The notes: a model not told the origin generated them from the letters alone. 32,000 nt of DNA from Candidatus Nanopusillus acidilobi (GCA_001552015.1 CP010514.1:540001-572000), one strand, 5' to 3'. Numbered from the stretch's first letter, positions 7,618-17,261 are shown. Program-made: numbers and translations.

Positions 7618-8401
7618 ACTTTTTACATTTTTCAGAGAATTTTTTTCCAGGATCTTCTTTTTTATCTATCATATCAATTATTTTATCCTTTATATCAAGT
7701 ATTTTCTTTATTTCATTATTATTTCTAAACTCTATTTCTATTTTATGATTATCTTTTGCATATAATAGTATACCCTTTCTTATATTATAATTTGGAAATT
7801 CATCCTTCAATAATAAATAATATGAATATAATTGTGTAATATGTTCCCTTCTAAAAAAACCAGATTTTATTTCATAAGGTATCATATAATTTTTATATAT
7901 TTCCAATCTATCAATTCTTCCAACTATATTATATTTTAAGGAAGTAACATCAAATTCTGTTTTTATTTTTGGTTCTAAAAATTCCCATAATTCTATTCCA
8001 TATACATCTTTATCTTTCATAAAATTAAATACATTTTTTGCCCTATCTTCTATATCTTTTATTACATAACTATATGCCTTTATTTTTATATCATTTTTAT
8101 CCAAATTTAAATTTTTTATTTGTTCTTCAAATTCTTTTATTGATTCTTCTAATAATTTCATTAAAAAACTATTATATAAATTTAATATTTTTTCATATTC
8201 AAAAAATTCTTTTATATTAAATATTATTTCCTTTTCTTTTTCATTTATTTTATCAAATAAAGAATGAACAATTGATCCAAATATTTTTTGTTCATTATCC
8301 TCTTCAGAATATTCCAAAACTCTTTTTAGATAAACTTTTCTAGGACAGAAAATATAATCTGTTATATCTGTTACTCTAACAAAAATATCATTTAATTCCA
8401 C
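7574..8401 (-). CDS. Cas4-like PD-(D/E)XK nuclease, not CRISPR-linked in this window
   Basis: 275 aa; TDYIFCPRKVYLKRVL, HSLFD, VGRIDRLEI, YEIKSG, QLYSYYLLL, C-terminal CKKCAFYNIC. Confidence 0.82.
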   Translation of the reverse strand: MELNDIFVRVTDITDYIFCPRKVYLKRVLEYSEEDNEQKIFGSIVHSLFDKINEKEKEIIFNIKEFFEYEKILNLYNSFLMKLLEESIKEFEEQIKNLNLDKNDIKIKAYSYVIKDIEDRAKNVFNFMKDKDVYGIELWEFLEPKIKTEFDVTSLKYNIVGRIDRLEIYKNYMIPYEIKSGFFRREHITQLYSYYLLLKDEFPNYNIRKGILLYAKDNHKIEIEFRNNNEIKKILDIKDKIIDMIDKKEDPGKKFSEKCKKCAFYNICWKNGNKN

Positions 8402-8452
8402 GCTCTAATTATATTTTTAATATTTATAAAATATAACATCGATATATTTTGG

Positions 8453-8662
8453 ATGAAAATAAAAACATGGATTGATAAAAATACTTGTATTGGTTGTGGA
8501 ACATGTATTGCAGTTGCACCAGAAATATATGAATTTGATTCAGATGGAAAATCAAAAGCAAAAATTGAAATTATTGAAGATCAAAATTTAATACAAAAAG
8601 CAAGAGATGCTGAAGTTGCATGTCCAACACATTCAGTTAAAATAGAAGAAATAAATGATTAA
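8453..8662 (+). CDS. Small ferredoxin, one 4Fe-4S cluster
   Basis: 69 aa; CIGCGTC ... ACPTHS. Confidence 0.9.
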   Translation: MKIKTWIDKNTCIGCGTCIAVAPEIYEFDSDGKSKAKIEIIEDQNLIQKARDAEVACPTHSVKIEEIND

Positions 8663-8665
8663 TGA

Positions 8666-8878
8666 ATGAAATATATAGTAGATATTGATTATAGTAAATG
8701 TATAAATTGTTTGGCATGTTATTTAATAAATAAAAATATTTTTTCAATAGAAAATAATAGAATAGTAATAAAAAACAACATAATTTCTTCTGAAAAAGAT
8801 ATAGAAGATATAAAAATTGCCACAAATATATGTCCTACCAATGCTATATATTACCAGGAGATATTGGATAAAGATTAA
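8666..8878 (+). CDS. Second small ferredoxin, one 4Fe-4S cluster
   Basis: 70 aa; CINCLAC ... ICPTNAI; adjacent to the preceding ferredoxin. Confidence 0.8.
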   Translation: MKYIVDIDYSKCINCLACYLINKNIFSIENNRIVIKNNIISSEKDIEDIKIATNICPTNAIYYQEILDKD

Positions 8879-8904
8879 TAAATTATGAAATATTACTTTA
8901 AAAT

Positions 8905-9480
8905 ATGGCATTCTATGATACAATTATAACATTGCTGAACAACCTTGGATTCTTTAATGTTATATTACCATTTCTATTAGTTTATGCTATAATGTATGGT
9001 ATATTAAGTAAGTATAAAATACTTGGTGATCCTTTTGCTGAAGGAGATAAAGGAAAAACTACAAGGAGTTTAATATCAATTGTATCTGCAGCTACTGGAT
9101 TTTTTATAGTTGCATCTTCAAATGTTGTATTATCATTAAAAACACTAATTCCATATATAGTATTATTCTTATTAACAGTATTTTTCCTTATATTGGCAAT
9201 TTCTCCATTTTTACAGAAAGAAGAAAAGAGTGGAGAAATACAACTTGGTAATAGAACAAGAACAATATTATTAGTATCTACAATAATTATCTTTACATTA
9301 ATAGTAATATTTATACTTGGCTTATATAATTATATTAATTTATCATTAGCATCTACAGTAATTTCTTCATCACAAACATTTATAGAAACAATAGTAGTTC
9401 TTGCAATAATGTTAGGAATAGCATATTGGGCTGTGAAACCTGAAAAAGGCCAAGGATCAGAACATTCAAAATCAAGATGA
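8905..9480 (+). CDS. Multipass membrane protein, paralogue A of a three-gene array
   Basis: 191 aa; LLNNLGFFNVILPFLLVYAIMYGILSK followed by several TM helices. Confidence 0.75.
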   Translation: MAFYDTIITLLNNLGFFNVILPFLLVYAIMYGILSKYKILGDPFAEGDKGKTTRSLISIVSAATGFFIVASSNVVLSLKTLIPYIVLFLLTVFFLILAISPFLQKEEKSGEIQLGNRTRTILLVSTIIIFTLIVIFILGLYNYINLSLASTVISSSQTFIETIVVLAIMLGIAYWAVKPEKGQGSEHSKSR

Positions 9481-10106
9481 TAACAAACATAGGTCCATTA
9501 TCACAACAAATTACTTCTATTCAGGTGAATTTTAATCAGATATTATCTCAATTTGGACTCATAGATGTTGTTTTACCATTTTTATTAATATTTTCTTTAG
9601 TATTTATGTTATTAGAATTATCCAATTTATTAAAGACAAGCCCTGATGATGATGTAGGTAGAAAACTAAGTGCTTTATTTGCCTTCGGATTTGCTCTCTT
9701 ATCATTATATAATCAAAATTTAATAAAATGGTTAGTATCTTTTATTCCAAATGCTACTATAGTTATAATTGTATTCTTTTTATTAGCTATTACACTAGCA
9801 CTTACAAATAAAAAGGTACCTGGAGTATTAAGAGCCTTCTTTGCCTTCCTTATTGTAGGAATAATATTATGGCTATCTATAAATTCTTTAAGTATAACAG
9901 GATCTTCTACAAAATCCTCATTAACATATTATTTATTAGGTGAAATTAACTATCTTATGCAATCTGGTACATTATCATCATTGCTTACAGTTTTAATTAT
10001 ATTTATATTCCTAATCTTAGTAATGATGTGGGCAGTTAGTGGCGGAGAAAAGAAAGAAGAGGAGGAAGGAGAAATTAAGGGTCCATTATTAGTAAGATCT
10101 AGATAA
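9477..10106 (+). CDS. Multipass membrane protein, paralogue B
   Basis: 209 aa; ILSQFGLIDVVLPFLLIFSLVFMLLE matches A and C; acidic tail GGEKKEEEEGE; overlaps A by ATGA. Confidence 0.75.
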   Translation: MITNIGPLSQQITSIQVNFNQILSQFGLIDVVLPFLLIFSLVFMLLELSNLLKTSPDDDVGRKLSALFAFGFALLSLYNQNLIKWLVSFIPNATIVIIVFFLLAITLALTNKKVPGVLRAFFAFLIVGIILWLSINSLSITGSSTKSSLTYYLLGEINYLMQSGTLSSLLTVLIIFIFLILVMMWAVSGGEKKEEEEGEIKGPLLVRSR

Positions 10107-10107
10107 A

Positions 10108-10752
10108 ATGGACATCTCGTCATTTATTTATACTTTATTTTCAGAATATGGTATATTTACATTTTTAGCACCATTTTTATTAGTATTTCCATTATTATAT
10201 GGATCTCTTAGAAAAATTGGTTTATTTGGAAGAGATAACCCTAATAAAGAAAAATTATATGCAGTAATTTCCATAGTAATAACATTTTATTATCTATATG
10301 ATATATCTGCTGTTATATTTACATCAAACTTTATATCATTCTTCTTTTTTGAAATGCTTGTTATATTTTTCATTTTAATGATAATTGCATTAATGGCTGA
10401 TATGTCAGAACCTTATGAAGGAGATGAAGAATTTCAGAAATATAAACAATCTTCTCATAATGTTATTGTCGGACTTATAACTCTTGCTGTTCTATTTGCA
10501 TTCCTATATGCATCTTCAGTAAATTTCAGTGGATTTGGAGAAGCTGCTCAAAATATAATATTAGAAATAATAGTTATATTACTATCTAGTGGTTTACTTC
10601 CAGTTATTGTAATAATAGGAATTTTAATTGGAGTTATATATTGGTTAATTCATAAACCAGGACCTCAAAATAAAAAAGTCAAGGGAAAATACCTTTTCAT
10701 AGCACCTGCAGAAGCTCTATATAATATACCAGAAAATCTAAAAAAGAAATAA
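10108..10752 (+). CDS. Multipass membrane protein, paralogue C
   Basis: 214 aa; TLFSEYGIFTFLAPFLLVFPLLYGSLRK matches A and B. Confidence 0.75.
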   Translation: MDISSFIYTLFSEYGIFTFLAPFLLVFPLLYGSLRKIGLFGRDNPNKEKLYAVISIVITFYYLYDISAVIFTSNFISFFFFEMLVIFFILMIIALMADMSEPYEGDEEFQKYKQSSHNVIVGLITLAVLFAFLYASSVNFSGFGEAAQNIILEIIVILLSSGLLPVIVIIGILIGVIYWLIHKPGPQNKKVKGKYLFIAPAEALYNIPENLKKK

Positions 10753-10786
10753 TAATCATTATAAAAGTTTTTTATTATATAGATTA

Positions 10787-11892
10787 ATGACAGTATTTAT
10801 ATCTAAGGATAAAAAATAGGAGATATTGTCGAATATATAAAAAAAGGGGAAGATATAATTGTAACAGATAATAATGGAAAATTCTTAGGAGTATTAGAGA
10901 ACTCTAAAGCAATTAGATATTTATACAGACCAGATACAAAAATTGAAAGGGTGATAAATAAAATAAAACCATTAAAAATAAATAATATAATCGATATAGT
11001 AGAGAAATTAATCAATTCCAATTCCAGAATAGCTTTTGTAAGAGAAGACGGACAAATAAAGATAGTTAATATATATGATATATTAAAAGAAATATTAAAT
11101 GATAAAGATGTATTAGGAAAAATGAATTTAAATGAAATAATAAATGAAGCTTATACAATATATGAAGATGAAAATATTAAAAAAGCAATTGGTATAATGA
11201 AGGATAAAGGTGTATCAAGATTAATAGTATTAGATAAAAATAATAAAGTAGCTGGAATAATTTCATTAACAGATATTCTAAAATATATGCTAATTGATAA
11301 TAGTAACAACATAAGGACTCCGAATGAAAAGGATTTTGATATAAAGATAAAATCTATAATGAATAGTAAATTAATATTTGCAAATAAAGATGATAGTATA
11401 GAGAAAATAATTAATTTAATGATAGAAAATAGGGTATTTTCATTGCCAATATTGGATAAAGGAAATTTAGTTGGTATAATAACTGCAAAAGATATATTAA
11501 TAAGTTATTTACAATATAAAAAGGAAAAAGAATATAATTTAGTTGTCCATGGAGTATCCTTAGATGAAATAGATATAAATTATATAAGGAAATTGTATGA
11601 GAAATTTTACAAAAAATATAGAAATGTTTTAGGAGAAAATATAAGATTATTATTACATATTAAAAAGATAAATGAAGATAAAGAAAATAAAAAAATATAT
11701 TATCAAATTAAAGCAAAATTAATATATAATAATGGTAAATTCTCAATTGATGATCATGGATATGATCTATATTCAACAATAAAGGACATATTTTCAATAT
11801 TAGAAAACGAAGCAGAAAAAGTAAAACATAAAAATGAAGAAAAGTATATGCTTGAAAGTATGTTTAAAAATGATATAATATATTATCTATAA
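10787..11892 (+). CDS. Protein with CBS-domain repeats; 5' end interrupted by apparent frameshift (open frame from GTG at 10951)
   Basis: Open frame 10951-11892 contains ASIGMMKDKGVSRLIVLDK-type CBS motifs (KAIGIMKDKGVSRLIVLDKNNKVAGIISLTDIL, VFSLPILDKGNLVGIITAKDIL). Upstream in-frame sequence from 10813 encodes KIGDIVEYIKKGEDIIVTDNNGKFLGVLENSKAIRYLYRPDTKIER, and ATG 10787 lies in the other frame (MTVFISKDKK*). Confidence 0.8.
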
Positions 11893-11893
11893 G

Positions 11894-12493
11894 ATGATAT
11901 TAATACCTGGAGATAGCTTAAAGAAAAAGGATATTAATTCATATGAAAGGGAGAATAATTACTATTCAAAATATATATTATTAGTAAACGAGGATAAAAC
12001 TACAAGGCTTTTTGGATATTATATGCCAGAAGTGAATGATATTGTAATTGGAAAAGTAATTGATGTATTATCTAATGGATGGATAATTGATATAAATTCT
12101 CCATATGTAGGAAAACTATCCTTAAAAGATACTGGAGTAGATCCTAGTGATTTATATACCTATGGTGATTATATATTATGCCAAATTATAAAAATGACAA
12201 AAAATAAATTAATAGATTTAGAGATTAAGAAAAAGGAAAAATTAAATGATGGATTAATATTAAAAGTAGATCCTGCAAGAATTCCAAGATTGATTGGAAA
12301 GAATTCTTCAATGTTAAATTTAATTAAAGAAGATTTAAAGATAGATATAATAATTGGAAAAAATGGTAGAGTATATTTAAATGGCGATATAAATAATGTA
12401 TCAAAGGCAGTAGATATTATCAAATTTGTTATAAATAATTCTTATAAAAGGGGCTTAACTGAAAAGGTTAAAGAAATTTTGGAAAATAAATAA
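11894..12493 (+). CDS. rrp4: Exosome complex RNA-binding subunit Rrp4 (S1 + KH)
   Basis: 199 aa; PGDSL..., S1-like VGKLSLKDTGVDPSDLYTYGDYILCQI, KH-like RIPRLIGKNSSMLNLIKEDLKIDIIIGKNGRVYLNG. Confidence 0.88.
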   Translation: MILIPGDSLKKKDINSYERENNYYSKYILLVNEDKTTRLFGYYMPEVNDIVIGKVIDVLSNGWIIDINSPYVGKLSLKDTGVDPSDLYTYGDYILCQIIKMTKNKLIDLEIKKKEKLNDGLILKVDPARIPRLIGKNSSMLNLIKEDLKIDIIIGKNGRVYLNGDINNVSKAVDIIKFVINNSYKRGLTEKVKEILENK

Positions 12494-12496
12494 GAA

Positions 12497-13252
12497 ATGG
12501 TAAAAAGATTTGATGGCAGGGAATATAATGAAGTAAGAAAAATAAATATAAAGCTAAATGTAGTAGATAATGCAAAAGGATCTGCAATATTTTCATTTGG
12601 TGATACTGTTGCATTAGCTGCTGTATATGGACCAAAACCTTCAAAAATGTCTTTAGATTATGATAAAGCATTCTTAAGGGTTAAATATAATATGCTAACA
12701 TTTTCTACACCTGAAAGAAAGAAACCTACGCCAGGTAGAAGAGAAATTGAATTATCTGAAGCAATTAAGAGAGCATTAGAACCTGCATTATTATTAGAAG
12801 AAATCCCTGGAAGTATTATAGATGTATATATTGAAATATTGAATGCAGATGCTGGAACAAGGACTGCAAGTATAAATGCTGCATCTTTGGCATTATCCTT
12901 AGCAGGTATTCCAATGAAAGATTTGGTAGTAGGCCTAGCAGTTGGAAAGATTGGAGAAAAAATTGTAGCAGATTTAAATAAAGAAGAAGAAGATTATGAT
13001 TCAGAAAAATTAAGGAAAGATCCTGAAAAATCAAAATATATAGAATATTATGGAGAAGGAAGAGCTACAGATATACCAGTTGCTATAATTCCTTCTGAGA
13101 AGAAAATTACTTTAATACAATTAGATGGAGAAATTTCAAATAAAGAATTAAATGATGCATTAAATCTAGCATTAGAAAAAGCTTTAGAAATAAAAGATCT
13201 AATGAAGAATAGTATATTAAAGCATTTATCTTCAGATAATTTTATTTATTAG
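12497..13252 (+). CDS. rrp41: Exosome catalytic subunit Rrp41 (RNase PH family)
   Basis: 251 aa; RFDGREYNEVRKI, GSAIFSFGDTVALAAVYGP, NADAGTRTASINAASLALSLAGIPM. Confidence 0.93.
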   Translation: MVKRFDGREYNEVRKINIKLNVVDNAKGSAIFSFGDTVALAAVYGPKPSKMSLDYDKAFLRVKYNMLTFSTPERKKPTPGRREIELSEAIKRALEPALLLEEIPGSIIDVYIEILNADAGTRTASINAASLALSLAGIPMKDLVVGLAVGKIGEKIVADLNKEEEDYDSEKLRKDPEKSKYIEYYGEGRATDIPVAIIPSEKKITLIQLDGEISNKELNDALNLALEKALEIKDLMKNSILKHLSSDNFIY

Positions 13253-13299
13253 TATTTTTTATAACAACCTTTATAAAGTACAAAATATTCTTAAATCAT

Positions 13300-14559
13300 A
13301 TGAAGAAAAATTATAAATATCTGATGATGTTAATTTTTATTTTAAACTTTACAAATATTTATTCACAATCAAATAGTTATGCTTATGCATGGTATAACGA
13401 ATATATAGGTACATTATATATAGATAAACGATTATTAGAATCGTCTGCTAGTATGCTTTCCCAATATTTAGGCCCTTTAGCACCAATTATTATAACAAAT
13501 TTACCATATTTAGTCTCATTTTTTTCTTTATTTTTTATATTTAAAAGATTCTTAAATATTATTCATGAAGATTTAGGACATAAAAATACTATAATTGCAG
13601 TAATAATATCTGCAATCACTACATATCTCTTTTTGCCTTTTGTTATACCTATATTAATTATTGCATTTATAATAAAAGTATTTAGAATTGGTAAATCTAA
13701 ATTGGAAAGTTTTAAAGAAAACTTAGGCAAGATTAATCCTGGATTAAGGGGTATTTTCTCAAGAGCAACATCAGATATTAGGGATTTTGATAAAAATACA
13801 AATAAAATTCTAAAAGATATAAATAAAATAGATAAAATAATAAATTATCCTCCCATAAGAAACTTATTAAATTCTATAGAAAAAGATATAGAAACTTTAA
13901 ATAATATAATATCCCACATATTAAAAGAAACTGAAAACGAAAAATTAACTCCATATAGATTAAAAGCTTATTTACTAAAATTCAATATGACATATAATAA
14001 TGCTATAAATAAAATCAAACAGTTAAATGGAATAATAAATACTATGTTTAGCAATCCTCCTTTATTAAGAAGGATTGGAAATAGGATATTCAGAACAAAT
14101 AAATTTACACCAAAGTATTTGATGGAATTAAGAAATATACCAAACGACTTGACTGCTAGATTAAATACTACATACAAAGAAGGTCAGAAAATATTCGAAG
14201 ATTTAAATAGATTGTTAATTTCTGCAGAAGCTATTAGTAGGAAATATGGAAGTGAAATAAATAATACTTTAAAAAGAAATCTTAATAATAATGCTCTTTT
14301 ATCTCTAGGTAATAAAGCTCCAATAAGAGAAATACAAAAAATAGAAAACACTACCGCTGCTATTTATAAAGATTGGAGGATATCTCCATTAAAAAAATTG
14401 GAAATATCATCTAAAATGTATAAATCTACAAAAAATTTATCTAAATCTTTACGTAAATTTAAAGGAAATCCAAAAAGATTATTAAACTTGACCGACAAAT
14501 ATTATAAGAAAACAATTAAATCAATTGGAAGTATTTCAAAAACCCCTGAAAAACGTTAA
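13300..14559 (+). CDS. Membrane protein: signal/TM region then long helical cytoplasmic domain, unknown function
   Basis: 419 aa; IFILNFTNIYSQ signal-like segment, additional TMs to about residue 120, then charged coiled-coil-like C-terminus. Confidence 0.65.
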   Translation: MKKNYKYLMMLIFILNFTNIYSQSNSYAYAWYNEYIGTLYIDKRLLESSASMLSQYLGPLAPIIITNLPYLVSFFSLFFIFKRFLNIIHEDLGHKNTIIAVIISAITTYLFLPFVIPILIIAFIIKVFRIGKSKLESFKENLGKINPGLRGIFSRATSDIRDFDKNTNKILKDINKIDKIINYPPIRNLLNSIEKDIETLNNIISHILKETENEKLTPYRLKAYLLKFNMTYNNAINKIKQLNGIINTMFSNPPLLRRIGNRIFRTNKFTPKYLMELRNIPNDLTARLNTTYKEGQKIFEDLNRLLISAEAISRKYGSEINNTLKRNLNNNALLSLGNKAPIREIQKIENTTAAIYKDWRISPLKKLEISSKMYKSTKNLSKSLRKFKGNPKRLLNLTDKYYKKTIKSIGSISKTPEKR

Positions 14560-14600
14560 TTAGAGCTAATTTACCAATCTTTCTAAACCTAGAAAAATAT

Positions 14601-14663
14601 GAAATTCAAATAAAGAATTAAACGATCATTAAATCTAGAATTAGAAAAAGCTATAGAAATAAA
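14601..14663 (+). pseudogene. Decayed copy of rrp41 3' end
   Basis: GAAATTCAAATAAAGAATTAAACGATCATTAAATCTAGAATTAGAAAAAGCTATAGAAATAAA aligns to rrp41 13130-13194 with 4 substitutions and 2 one-base deletions; frame is destroyed. Confidence 0.75.
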
Positions 14664-14821
14664 TTAAATTATGAAAGAAACAAACTTAAATACATATAAA
14701 GTCGGTGCTTTATAACTTTTTATTTAATTATTTAATATTTTTTATTTAATTTTTCTATATTTTCTCTCCTTTGTTATAAATTATAAAAAATTTATAAATT
14801 TCAACAAATTTTTATAACTAA

Positions 14822-16102
14822 ATGAAAGGTATAAATAATATTAATAAGAAGCTATTAATAACTATATTTACTTTTTTATTTCTAATAAGGTTTATATATT
14901 CACAATATCCGACAGGAATATCTCCACAGAATAATGCGGTTAGTAGTTTAGAATCAAATTCTATTATTCAATGGATTATTACATCTTCAACTAATGGTTA
15001 TTCAACTGTAGCTCGATATTTAGCTAATTTTATATCTATTAAGGGAATACCAATCTATGTTTGGTCTATTATAACATTTTTAATGGCTACTTTATTCTTT
15101 ATTGCAATATATATATATCTCTTTGAAATATTTACACAAAGAACTGGAATATCCGAAAGCGAAACAATGAAAAAAGCAAAGATATTGCTTATATTTGCCT
15201 TAAGTGTATTTTCTGCAATAGCAATAGGTTTTGCCATACCATTTTTATTTAATCTTTATGGATTTATTTTATTGATACTTTTATTAATAGCTTTATTTTT
15301 CTTTGGAAGAGCTGCAGTTTCTTATGGAAAAGGCTTTCATTATGCAGCTAAATCATTTGCAGCCAATGTAGAAAAAGATTTATTAGAAGTAGAAAGAGAA
15401 TTAAAAGAAGCAAGAAAAAATCTTTCTGAACAAGATGTAAGATATCTAGAAGAAGGAATAGAAAAAGTTAATAGTATTTATAATGAAGTAAGAAAAGATT
15501 TTAATAATGCAGAGACGAAATTTCAAAATATTTTATCTCATTTAGAACTTGCATACAAAGCATTTATTACTAATTTCATAAATAGATGCGAAGCATACTT
15601 TAACCAACAACATCTTTCACGCAATCAAAGGAAGGAAAAAGCTAAATTTATTAGAGACTTAGCAGAAAAAAGAGATAGAATGAATCGCCAAAAGATATTA
15701 AATACCAAAAAATCACCAAAAGATCTTTATAATGAGATACTAAGTGAGATTGGTAATCTTTATTATCTTAAAAGTTATGAATCAGAATTAAGAAAGCTAC
15801 TGCATATTAGCTATATATTTATTTTTCATTCTTCACAGAGTCCACATACTCGAATATTTAGAGATATACAAGATACAATAAATGAATATGAAAAAGCAAG
15901 AAACTCACTAATGAGATTTTATGGATTTGAAAATGGATTTAAAAGAGATATTAACGTAAGATTTAGGTATTTTTTCAGTGCTCCTGATAATAGAAAATAT
16001 GATATTGGTATATTATCTGCATTAGATAAATCAAAAAATTCGATAGATAGAATAGAAAAAATAATTAATGAAAGAATACAATTTTTAAAGCATCTTCTTT
16101 AA
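14822..16102 (+). CDS. Membrane protein with the same layout as 13300-14559, unknown function
   Basis: 426 aa; FLFLIRFIYSQ signal-like segment, three further TMs, then long Glu/Lys-rich helical domain. Confidence 0.65.
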   Translation: MKGINNINKKLLITIFTFLFLIRFIYSQYPTGISPQNNAVSSLESNSIIQWIITSSTNGYSTVARYLANFISIKGIPIYVWSIITFLMATLFFIAIYIYLFEIFTQRTGISESETMKKAKILLIFALSVFSAIAIGFAIPFLFNLYGFILLILLLIALFFFGRAAVSYGKGFHYAAKSFAANVEKDLLEVERELKEARKNLSEQDVRYLEEGIEKVNSIYNEVRKDFNNAETKFQNILSHLELAYKAFITNFINRCEAYFNQQHLSRNQRKEKAKFIRDLAEKRDRMNRQKILNTKKSPKDLYNEILSEIGNLYYLKSYESELRKLLHISYIFIFHSSQSPHTRIFRDIQDTINEYEKARNSLMRFYGFENGFKRDINVRFRYFFSAPDNRKYDIGILSALDKSKNSIDRIEKIINERIQFLKHLL

Positions 16103-16103
16103 T

Positions 16104-17261
16104 TTATTTGTTTTCTTCAATACTAAATTTTTTAATTGCTAAACTTTCTGCATAATCATCTATATCCGTTGTAATTATATATCCAATAGATACTTCATGC
16201 AATTTATGACCAGCTCTACCAATTCTTTGTATTAACCTTGTAACCTGTCTAGGTGAATTATATTGAATTACAGCATCAACATATCCAATATCTATTCCAA
16301 GTTCTAAAGAAGATGTTGCAATAATTGCCTTAATTTTCCCTTCTTTAAATAATCTTTCATTTCTTTCCCTTACTTCTCTTGATAAAGAACTATGATGTAT
16401 TTCAATCTTATATTCAGGTAACCAAACCTTAAATCTTGAAGACAACAATTCTGCCATTTCTCTTGTATTTACAAATATTATTACAGATTTATGTTTATCC
16501 AATATTTCCTTTATTTTTCTTAAACTCCATGCTATTTTTGGGTTCCAATTATATTTTCTTGCCAATTCTAAATCTTCTTCACTAATTTCCGGATAATATA
16601 CTTCTATATGATATTTTTTCTCTGCATACCAATATGCAATTTTATAATTCCTATATCCAAAAATAAATTTTGCAGCTTCATCCAAATCTCCAATTGTTGC
16701 AGATAATGCAATTCTTTGAAATTCTCCAGCATAATTTACTAATCTTTCCAAACCTAAAGATAATTGTATTCCTCTTTTTTCATTTAATAATTCATGTAAT
16801 TCATCTACAATAACATATTTTACAGTTTTTAATTGTTCTCTTAATCTTTTTCCTAAAAATAATATCTGAAAAGTTTCTGGAGTTGTTATTAAAAATTCTA
16901 CAGGTTTTTTAGATAATCTAGCTCTTTCTTTTTCTTCTGTATCCCCATGCCTAACTGCGACAGATATACCCAAATTATCACCCCACCATTTTATTCTATC
17001 TAATACATCTCTATTCAATGCTCTTAATGGTGATATATAAATTCCCAATAATTGATTTTCAATACCTTTTTCCTTTAATTCCAATATTTTCGAAAATACA
17101 GGTAATATTGCAGCTTCTGTTTTTCCAGATCCTGTGGGAGCAACAATTAAAGTATTATTTCCATTTAATATTTCTGGAATTGCTATTTTTTGAATTGGAT
17201 AGAAATCCTCAAATTTTTTAAAGAATAATTCCTCTATTTTCTTATTTAAATTATATTCCAT
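16104..17261 (-). CDS. Lhr-like superfamily 2 helicase, RecA core only
   Basis: 385 aa; FYPIQKIAIPEILNGNNTLIVAPTGSGKTEAAILPV, YISPLRALNRD, VDELHEL, IALSATIG, ATSSLELGIDIGYVDAVIQYNSPRQVTRLIQRIGRAGH. Confidence 0.88.
   Translation of the reverse strand: MEYNLNKKIEELFFKKFEDFYPIQKIAIPEILNGNNTLIVAPTGSGKTEAAILPVFSKILELKEKGIENQLLGIYISPLRALNRDVLDRIKWWGDNLGISVAVRHGDTEEKERARLSKKPVEFLITTPETFQILFLGKRLREQLKTVKYVIVDELHELLNEKRGIQLSLGLERLVNYAGEFQRIALSATIGDLDEAAKFIFGYRNYKIAYWYAEKKYHIEVYYPEISEEDLELARKYNWNPKIAWSLRKIKEILDKHKSVIIFVNTREMAELLSSRFKVWLPEYKIEIHHSSLSREVRERNERLFKEGKIKAIIATSSLELGIDIGYVDAVIQYNSPRQVTRLIQRIGRAGHKLHEVSIGYIITTDIDDYAESLAIKKFSIEENK

Noticed and set aside
7574-8401. Cas4-like gene as evidence of a CRISPR system
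   Set aside because: No repeat-spacer array and no other cas gene in the window.
10803-11021. 72-aa minus-strand ORF
   Set aside because: Lies opposite the CBS-domain coding sequence recovered upstream of GTG 10951; no family features.
14671-14715. Mini-ORF MKETNLNTYKVGAL after the rrp41 relic
   Set aside because: Only 14 codons with no supporting feature; likely part of the decayed spacer.
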